Assembly: GCF_963921235.1 (NCBI RefSeq)
Contig: NC_086097.1
Coordinates: 33,172,001 to 33,236,000 of the forward strand
Direction: 5' to 3'
DNA from: Mobula hypostoma
Taxonomy: Eukaryota
DNA length: 64,000 nt
Positions 25,981 through 34,981 of the stretch are shown here, piece after piece. The stretch's first letter is position 1, and every line of letters begins with the position of its first letter. Below the pieces are notes generated by a model. The model saw only the letters and a list, made by a program, of their open reading frames with translations. It made no database searches and was not told where the DNA came from. Both the position numbers and the translations under genes were made by a program.

Positions 25981-27993
25981 GAAATGCATTTAGCATCTGA
26001 CCAGAAATGCAAAGAATAGTGTTATTTACAAAATAACTGTGAATAAAAAAAGTGCTACAGCATACAAATGTAAAAGTACTGAGGCAGTACAATACGGATG
26101 CAATACTGCTTAGCGCTGTGATGTGAGGTTCAGCAGTGTCACAGCCTCAGGGAAGAAGCTCTTCCTGAGCCTGCTGGTGCGGGATCAGAGGCTCCTGTAG
26201 CACCTACCGGATGGGAGGAGAGTATGAAGTCCATGGTTAGGGTGAGATGCATCCTTGATAATGCTTTTCGCCCTGCCCAGGCAGCGTTTATGGTAGATGT
26301 TCTCAATGGTGGGCAATTGGGTACCAATAATCCGCTGGTCAGTTTTCACCACACGCTGGAGGGCTTTGCGGTCCGATACGGGACAATTGCCATACCACAC
26401 TGAGATGTAGTTGGTGAGTATGCTCTCAATGGTACAGCGGTAAAAGTCTGTCAGTATCCTGGGACAGAGGTGAGCTTTCTTGATGCTCCGCTGGAAATAA
26501 AGGCACTGTTACGCCTTTTTGATCAGGATGGAGGAGTTCAGGGACCAAGTAAGATCCTCGGAAATGTGGACACCAAGGAATTTGAAGCTTGATATACGCT
26601 CCACTACGATTCCGTTGATGTAGATGGGGACATGAGTGTGACTCCTGGCATGCCTGAAGTCCACAATGATCTCCTTGGTCTTCTGGGTGTTAAGGGCCAG
26701 ATTGTTGTGCTGGACCTCGTCCGTGTAGGCCGTCTCGTCATTCCCTCTGATCAGACCAACCACCATGGTGTTGTCTGCGAACTTGATTATGGAGTTAGAA
26801 CCATGAACAGGAATGCAGTCATAGGTGAAAAGGGAGTACAGAAGAGGGCTCAGCACACAACCTTGAGGCACGCCGGTGTTCAGGGTGAGAGTGGAGGAGG
26901 AGAGGTTGTCTAACTTAACTGATTGGGGTCTGTTAGTCAGAAAGTCCAAGGTCCAATTGCAGAGGGATACGCTGATACCAAGCTGGCGAAGTTTGGTGAT
27001 CAGCTTGGAGGGGATCACAGTATTGAATGCGGAACTAAAGTCAATGAACAGCATTCTGACATAGGAGTTGGGGCTGTCCAGGTGGGTCAGGGCAGAGTGA
27101 AGTGCTGTAGAGATGGCATCTTCTGTTGACCTGTTGGTGCGATAGGCAAATTGATGGGAGTGTTCATACTCCCATCAGTATAAAGTGTTCATACTGCTGT
27201 TAACCCACAAAAGGTGGAGGAACTCAGCAGCTCAGACAGCATCTATGAAGAAGAATAGTGTTGCTAAACTGCAGTGATTAGGGTTTTACTGGTTGGTTCA
27301 AGAAGCGATTGGTTGAAGGGAAGTCATTGTTCTTGAGCCTGGTGGCGTGGGACTTCAAGCTTCTGTACCCCTGCCTAGGCTCCAGTGCCTTCCTCTGGTC
27401 AACATTTACTGCTGGCCTGTGAAGTGCAACTCAGCAGTTGGGGTGGGAAGATCATTTCAAAAGAAAAAGAAAGCTGTCTTGTCTTGCAATTGAAAAAAAT
27501 AATTTACTAGTGAGTGGATTTATTACAAAATGATAAATCATAAGCTCGGTTTTGGAGTGATCTGTGGAGCGCACGTTACAGTCAGCTAGCATATTCTGCA
27601 CATGTGTGGTCCTTTACTGATGTGTTTAATCTGGGCTTGGCTATGGCACTCTGCATTTCCACAATACTTGTCTAGAAGTATGCAGTGAATGAGCTGAGGT
27701 ATGAGGCGTGTGCCCTCCCAGTACTGACCCACCTTGTTATTCTCGGCTCTTGCTGAAGCTTCTCCGCCAAGGGATCAAATGAAGAGATGAAAATAGACCA
27801 CACAGAGAATCAGATGAATACCTACAGTGTGTAAAAAAAACATGTATATCAGGTTACTGAGTCTACTTCATACGGTAATAGAGATTCCATTTGACTTTGA
27901 ACAGAAGGGCTAGAGCAGTATGATAATTTTTTTTCATTGATGTTTTGCTTTTCTTCCCTTTTGAGGTTGTACCTGCAGCTTAATCTTCCTGTT

Positions 27994-28135
27994 GCCAGCC
28001 AATGGCTCAGTGGAGAGCAGTCTTGCCCCTGAGACCAGAAGGTTATGGGTTCAAATCCATCTCCAGACATGCAGAGGGGCGATGACTACATTGTCAGAGT
28101 AGTCAGACTGAGAGAGTACTACACAGGTGGAAGGG
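27994..28135 (+). mobile_element. SacSINE1/DeuSINE-like tRNA-derived SINE relic
   Basis: A-box TGGCTCAGTGG, B-box GGTTCAAATCC, and downstream sequence resembling recalled SacSINE1. More decayed copies at ~4655-4750 (-) and ~45135-45270 (+). Confidence 0.5.
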
Positions 28136-28631
28136 CAGACACTCCCGAGGCAGGGACAGCAGGGTTAAACGCAGAGGATAACACAGTTTAGATACAGAGT
28201 AAAACACCCTCCACACTATTCCATTGAACGCTCCTATTCATTTGGAGTGATGGGGAATGAGAGGTGACTGAAAGAGGTGTACAAGATGAAAAGAGACAGA
28301 CAGAGTGGACAGCCAGATAAGTTTTCCCAGGGTGGCAAAAACTAATACAACGGGGCATAATTTTAAGGTGATTGGAGGGAAGTATAGTGGGGATTTCACA
28401 TAGATTTTTTTACACAGAGTGGTTGATGTCTGGAATTTCCTGAAAGGTTGTGCTGGTAGAGGCAGATATATTAGCAACATTTAAGAGACTCTTAGATTGG
28501 CACATGTATGAAGGGAAAAATTGGGGCTAAGTAGGAGGGAAGGGTCAGATTAAGTTTAAAGTAGGTTAAAAGATTGGCACAACTTCATGGGCCAAAGGGT
28601 TGTGCTGTAGTGCTTTATGTTGTATGCAGCT

Positions 28632-29235
28632 TTTAGTGGTTTCTCGTTTCTCACAAACGACAAGGAGACGCAGAAAACTCGCCAAGATGTTTTAAACTTT
28701 AATTTGCAAATCAAAGCTGAGACAATCAGAAAGCTTCTAGCTGACTGCCCATCGAGGCTTGAATACAACATTTTTTATAGCAATTTCCTATCTTAGCTAC
28801 ATTATCATATCCAATCGGCCTGTGATTACATATCATCAATATATCCGCTCTCGACTTTCCACTATTGTTTTATTCCCCAACTTAATTATGTCCTAGTTTA
28901 CATTTTAGACCAGGTGTCCTCTCGTCCCTAACCACAGTTACTTCTTAATTAGTCTTGTTTTGACATACTGCCACATATTTCACTACCTTACTCGCCACCA
29001 TTATCTTTCTCCTTGGTTTCATTCTAGTTCTCTTCATGAATTAATAGTGATTAGGTCAAAAGTCATGGCTACATAGTGAATACCCTCTATTCAGCTAGCA
29101 GTGGTTACATCGTAAATATAGAAAATACAATGTGTGCATTTGAGTAAATACTGAAATACTGTATACTGAAATACTGTTGAGTAAATACTGTAATACATAG
29201 AAAATACAATGTATGCATTTACATTTTCCAATATA
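28632..29235 (-). repeat. ERV 3' LTR
   Basis: Direct repeat of 34367-34981, with about 11 substitutions and 2 indels by hand count. The minus strand has GCTATAAAAAA (TATA) and ATTAAA (polyA signal). PPT AAAGGGAGGA lies at 29237-29246. Confidence 0.95.
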
Positions 29236-29461
29236 ATCCTCCCTTTGAGACCCACAGGGTCTCATACAGAGAGAGAGAGGACTGAGAGTCTATGCACAAA
29301 AGCTCAAATAAAGCCACGCATTTACTCCCAAATTTGGGTTAAACTATAGTTTCCTGCGCTTAAGACTCAAAGTGTTCTCTCCCTACCTCCCTAGGCCGCT
29401 GAGCCAAGAACCCGTCCCTTCGTATCTGAGACAGGGAAAAAGACTCAGGAGCCTTCACAGC

Positions 29462-29920
29462 CTAATCCCCACATATTTCATCTCTCTCCTGTTCGTCTTG
29501 CATGTCTCGTAGACTGTACGAATACATCATCGGTGCCTCCTTTTCCATAGGGCTCGACCCAACAATTTCCAGGAGCATCGGAAACCGTTTCATTGCAGCA
29601 CGCACTACAAGTGACTTGAGGCATGGAAGAAAACAGCACATAATGACCACACAGCTTAGCAATACAATACCAATGGTTACTGCAATCTTGGTCAGCCATG
29701 CGCCCCATCCTCCTAGTTTACTGTTTAACCAGTCAAAGAACTGGTGTCCGAACCCTGCATTTTGTTTGACTTCCTTTCTTAGATTTTTCAGTTTATTCAT
29801 TGCTCTGGTAAACGATCCCTCCGGACTAGTGTTATTCGGTATAGAAGTACAGCACTGTTCCCCAAACATTACACAAACTCCTCCTTTCTCTGCCAATAGC
29901 CAGTCTAGTACCTGTCTGTT
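29462..29920 (-). pseudogene. env: ERV env remnant: TM subunit from immunosuppressive domain to cytoplasmic tail
   Basis: NRQVLDWLLAEKGGVCVMFGEQCC (ISD + CX6CC), heptad FTRAMNKLKNLRKEVK, membrane anchor IAVTIGIVLLSCVVIMCCFLPCL. Open to the stop at 29462; an in-frame TAG lies just upstream. Confidence 0.9.
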
Positions 29921-31499
29921 TGTTCCTCTTCTCTACTTACCTCGGGTGGCCCACCTGACTGTACCTGCGGGATTGCTCTAGTGTAGTGATTGAGATGATA
30001 CCAGGTGGAGCGTCCTTCCACTTGTACTGTGGTGGGTGATGCTTTGGTTACTGTAAAGGGCCCTTCCCTTCTGGGTTCATTCCACTTTCTTCGAAACGCT
30101 TGCACGTAGACTTGATCGCCTGGTTTGATTGGTCATTCCCCTTGATCAATCTCTGGCTCTTTCTGTTTTTCCTGTGCATAAATAGACTTATGTATCATAG
30201 TTAATTGTCGCATGTATTGTTTTAATTCCAATTCCAATTGTTCCAAACTAGGCCTTTTATATGGTCCTCTCCACTGGGGCACTGGCATGGCCTTCCGGTT
30301 AGCATTTCATGCGGTGTTAGACAAGTCATCTGATTAGTCTGCATGCGGTAACTCATTAGTGCTAACGGTAGTGCATCGACCCAGTTGAGTTTAGTATCTG
30401 CACAGATTTTTGTTTAGTTTGGCTTTTAAGGTCCCGTTAATTCTTTCCACCATACCCTGCGACTGAGGGTGATACACACATCCAAATCTTTGCTTTATTC
30501 TCAGTGCTTGCAGTATTAACTTGACCACTTTCTGGATGAAAGCTGAACCATTGTCTGAGCTAATTTCTGTCGGTATCCCAAACCTTGGGATCACTTCGTT
30601 TGTCAGGAATTTCACCATTGTTCCTGCCCCTTGATCCTTCGAGGGTACTGCCTCTACCCATCTGCTGAATCTGTCGATTACCACCAACATGTATCTTTTC
30701 CCTCTTACTGTTTTTATCATGTCTACATAGTCAATCACTGGGTGTTTAAATGGCCCTTCAGATACAGGTATATGACCTATTGGGGTTGTAATTCCTTTCC
30801 GAACATTATCCTGCGTGCATATCTCGCACTGTGACAACACATGGCCTACTGAAGCCTGTAAATAAGGTGACCAAAATCCATCCTTTTTTATTTTCCTTAT
30901 TACTTCCCCCGCCTTGCACAATGATCCATCCCATGTGCTTCTGAGATCAGGATAGTCAGTAAAGGGGTGGGAGCTACCAGTAGGCCATCTTCCGTGGTCC
31001 ATAGGCCTTCTGGGTTCTGCTTGGCCCCCCTTTGTCTCCACAGTGTTTGTTCTGCCACAGTTGCCTTTCCCTGTATTTCAATTAGGTCCTCTACCATAGG
31101 TTCCAGCTCTAGACTTACCTGGGGTGCAATAACAGCGGATGTACACCCATACGCTTTCCTGGCTGCTTCATCTGCAGCTTGATTTCCCTTTGTTACTGCA
31201 TCGTTTCCTTTGGACACTAATATCGGCAAAACTATTCCTTTGCTGCCTATCCCTAATCTCACTGGAGCTGTACATTGTGTCAACTGTGTTTTTCCCGAGA
31301 ACCCTACAGTCTTAATAAATTTTCCTAACATGGGAAGGTGAAGGGCATACTGCGGCTGTACGCAAGTATACGTGGCTCCAGTATCTATCATCATTGGTGT
31401 CAGCTGCCCTTCTAACACAACCTGAACAATGGGTTCCTCCTCTGCCTCCCTTGTTATCACTGGGTAGTGTCCCATCCCACCTGGGTTCTCTGGGCACCC
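29905..31499 (-). pseudogene. pol: ERV pro-pol remnant: protease fused to RNase H tail, then integrase
   Basis: Protease MMIDTGATYT; RNase H end KGNQAADEAAR; IN HHCC (AHGMDH...CEIC), IDYVD, SSDNGSAF, PQSQGMVERIN; GPF module EPRREGPFTV. Frameshifts near 30905 and 30405. Confidence 0.92.
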
Positions 31500-33685
31500 C
31501 TAATGTCTTGCATAGGGGTTCACGGGTCCATTCGGCCCTGCGGGGTCTGGTCCTTGGCTAGACTGTGGTTCCCATCTCATTGGTTCCCGCTGGAATGTGA
31601 CGGCCCATGGCTTAAGTGGGCAGTCCCTTCTCATGTGTCCTGGCTGGTTACATCCCCAGCACAGTCTCTGTATCTTTCTTCTCCCCTGTTTGCTTACTGG
31701 TCCTTCCTGCCCATAACCTCTCTGCCCCCCTCCTTAGGATTTCCAGTCCTGTCTGGGCTGCTGTTTAAATTTATCCTGTCCCTGGTAGGGTATTTGTGGA
31801 AAAGCACCCCCAAAGACATTTATTATTGGCATGGGGTTTTCTGGGCTCTGTCTTACGGCACGACCGGTCCCTCCATATAATGGAATTTCATTCATTTCAA
31901 CGGCTGTGCTTAAGTCGATCATTGCTGGCAGCATCTTCTTGCCTTTTTCTTTTTCCTTCTTTTTAAGTTCTTCAAGCTGCATTTGTATCAGCTTTCTCTG
32001 CACTTCTTCTTGCTGCTCAGTCAACTTTCGTTTGTCTTTTCGATATTTTTCGACCGCATGGACAATGTGGTCCCTGAATTCCTGTGGGGTCATTGACATC
32101 AGTCCGACCACTTCCTCAAGTTTAGACTTAACTTGGGAAGGCATCGCATCCAAAACAGCATTTCGGAACATCCAGGTCATAAATGGGTTGCCTTCCACCT
32201 CTTGTTCAGTTTCCAGTCTCCACCTTTTCAACTGATTTTCTATATAGGCTGCTGGATTTTCAGTGTCTCCCAGTGGATCCCCTTTCATGGCTTTGGGGTC
32301 CATTTTGGGTGGATAGAGCTCCCTGAGGGCCCCCCATACCCTCTGCCTCACTGTGTCAAATCTGGCCCCGTCAATCAGTGTGCTGTCCGCATTCTTATGC
32401 CAGCCGCTTCCATCAATTCTTGTAGTTTGGAGGTTCCCATCAGCCTTATCAGCAGTGCCTTTAAATCTCCCATAGCCAACATTCGTCCCGTGGTTTCTTC
32501 CTCAAAGGCCCTAATCCACTTCCCTGCACCCTCATGTAGGCTGGGCAGGGTGTTTTTCAGCCCTTCCAGGTCCTGGGATCCCCAAGGAATATACTGTACT
32601 TGTCCCAATCCTTTTACTAACAACGGCATCATTCTCCCTTTGCTTTCCCACATCTCCTGACTCTCCACCTCGCCTGACTCCCCATCTGTTTCTGAGCACG
32701 TTTTCACTGGCTGCCACATGATTCTTTCCGGGGTTTCCTTTCTCCCTTGGTCTCCTCGTGGAGTTCTTCTTTCTGCCTTGAGCTAGCATTTGCTTTGGCC
32801 CATGCGAAATCCTCAAACCTCGTTGGAAATTCAGTCTCCGCTGTAATTCTGTAATCTCTCCCTCTGTTTCTAATATCTGCCTTTTCACTCTCTCTTTTTC
32901 CCCTTCAAGGCTCCTGTCTTCTATCCTCTGCCTACATTCTCTCGTACCCTCTCCTTCGCTACTTAACTCTTGCTCTCCCGACAAGTTTCCTTCTGCTCTG
33001 GCCTGTTCAGTTCCGTGCCCATATAACAAAGATTTCTCTTCATCCCTTTTCGCTTTTAATTCCTGTAACCCTTTGATCTCTTCTACTATTTCCCTTCTCT
33101 CCTGCTCTATCTTTGCCCTGTCTTCTTCTATTACCTTCCGTAGTTCCTCCTGCTCTCTTTCGTGATTCTTTCTTTCCTCCTCGGTATCCCAGACTTTAAT
33201 TTCTCCATTTAGATCCACTCTTCCTGTTATCATCGGACACTGCTTAAGGGTTTCTTTCTCATAATAGGGAGGAGGTTTTTCTACGTCTTTCAGGTCTGGG
33301 TATAGAGCCGAAGCCGACTCCCTGTTATGCTTTTCCTTTTCTTTATCAGACTGCTCGTTTCATTTCTCAGTGTCTTTTTTAACTTACTATTAAGATACTT
33401 CCCGTCTTTCTTAACTTTTCTCCCTCCATCCTAAAAAGTTTTAACACTTCTATTTCTTGTTCCCTTTTCCCCTCTCTTTTCTTAGATTTATCTTTGGGTT
33501 TGTGATTTTTAATTAGCGCTTTCATTTCCTCACATAAGCTTACATCGAATGTTCCTTCTCTTGGCCATTTCTTAACCAGTTCTTTAGTTCTTTTTTTCCC
33601 ATTTTTCTGAAATTTCCGCGATCTTACCTTGACACACCGGGAATTTTCTGCTCAATATTTCTACTGCTGTTCCTTTCTCTGTCAT
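31500..33685 (-). pseudogene. gag: ERV gag (frameshifted)
   Basis: ATG at 33685 (MTEKGTAVEIL); MA motif WPREGTFD (33544-33567); LYPDL and PPPY late domains; capsid YIPW..DL...LP.L.EGA..WI; zinc knuckle CWGCNQPGHMRRDC (31620-31661); TAG at 31500-31502. Confidence 0.9.
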
Positions 33686-34344
33686 GTTGTTCTCTTTTTC
33701 CTTTTTCTATTATGGTATTTTTAGAATCTCACGACTTGCCTATTTAATAATATTATTTTTCTAACTCTATTTCTATGCCTAGCCTTATGGTTTATCTCAC
33801 CAGCGTCTGAATTATCTATTAAACTATCTTTATCTCTTATTACGTTCTGCCCGTGCAGACCCCTACTTAGGGCGGTATCCACAGAACCTTTTCCTTTTAC
33901 ACCTCGCCTATGCAGCCCCTTATACTTCTTAAGGCGGTATTCACGAGGATTTTTAATTCTCCTTCCCTGCCTGTTCAGCCCTTCGTTTCGTGCGAAGCGG
34001 TATCCACAGGGACTTACCAACACCACGTGGAATTTTCTTACTTAACTTATTATTACTTTATTCGTACTTACCCCCACTGCAGTGTTCTTGATTAATCCTC
34101 TGAGCCTCCTTTTATCCCCAATTCTGTCAGATTCTTTGGATCGGAGAGACCCTTCGGCAGTTGCTTCACACTTCTGAGTCCCCGAGACCCCCCAAAACCA
34201 ACAGAATTCTTAGTCCGAATTATCGCAAAAAGCACTCACCTTTTTACTTTGGGTGCACCCTTAATTCTGTTAGCCCCGTGGGGGTCCCCGAGGGACCGGG
34301 AAGCGTCCCAATCTGCCGTTCCCTTCCTCGCGGGTCTCTATCCG

Positions 34345-34362
34345 ATCCTGTTCGTGACGCCA
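34345..34362 (-). promoter_or_regulatory. Primer-binding site, tRNA-Ser(CGA)-type
   Basis: Minus strand TGGCGTCACGAACAGGAT, 4 nt after the LTR CA end. It is complementary to ATCCTGTTCGTGACG-CCA, which I recall as the 3' end of a vertebrate tRNA-Ser(CGA). Confidence 0.8.
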
Positions 34363-34366
34363 ATTT

Positions 34367-34981
34367 TGTCGTGGTTTCTCGTTTCTCACAAACGACAAGG
34401 AGACGCAGAAAACTCGCCAAGACGTTTTAAACTTTAATTTGCAAATCAAAGCTGAGACAATCAGAAAGCTAGTAGCTGACTGCCCATCGAGGCTTGTATA
34501 CAACATTTTTTATAGCAATTTCCTATCTTAGCTACATTATCATATCCAATCGGCCTGTGATTACATATCAATATATCCGCTCTCGACTTTCCACTATTGT
34601 TTTATTCCCCAACTTAATTATGTCCTAGTTTACATTTTAGACCAGGTGTCCTCTCGTCCCTAACCACAGTTATTTCTTAATTAGTCTTGTTTTGACATAC
34701 TGCCACATATTTCATTACCTTACTCACCACCGTTATCTTTCTCCTTGGTTTCATTCTAGTTCTCTTCATGAATTAATAGTGATTAGGTCAAAAGTCATGG
34801 CTACATAGTGAATACCCTCTATTCAGCTAGCAGTGGTTACATAGTAAATATAGAAAATACAATGTGTGCATTTGAGTAAATACTGAAATACTGTTGAGTA
34901 AATACTGTATACTGAAATACTGTTGAGTAAATACTGTAATACATAGAAAATACAATGTATGCGTTTACATTTTCCAATACT
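34367..34981 (-). repeat. ERV 5' LTR
   Basis: Direct repeat of the 3' LTR. Canonical CA (TG on +, 34367-34368) abuts the PBS. It has one extra TGAGTAAATACTGT unit in U3. Confidence 0.95.

Larger units (their letters stand above)
24089..27161 (-). mobile_element. Rex1/Babar LINE (RT to 3' tail), interrupted in its 3'UTR by a PLE
   Basis: ORF 26509-27054 has [15 protein letters not shown]...[20 protein letters not shown]...IIKFADNT. The tail GATTAGATTCAACTTTATTG is at ~24089-24110. Candidate TSD AGTATAA at 24080-24086 and 27177-27183. Confidence 0.85.
28632..34981 (-). mobile_element. Endogenous retrovirus, class I (fish/epsilon-related), internally deleted provirus, antisense to TTLL5
   Basis: Two ~600-bp LTRs, a PBS, a PPT, and gag-pro-(delta RT)-IN-(delta SU)env in the correct order on the minus strand. 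Confidence 0.96.

Noticed and set aside
27994..28070. tRNA gene
   Set aside because: A and B boxes are present but there is no closable acceptor stem, and it continues into SINE body sequence.
33721..34026. 101-aa leader ORF as an epsilonretrovirus orfC-like accessory gene
   Set aside because: It has a GTG start, no recognisable motif, and overlaps the triplicated leader repeat. Unsupported without homologues.
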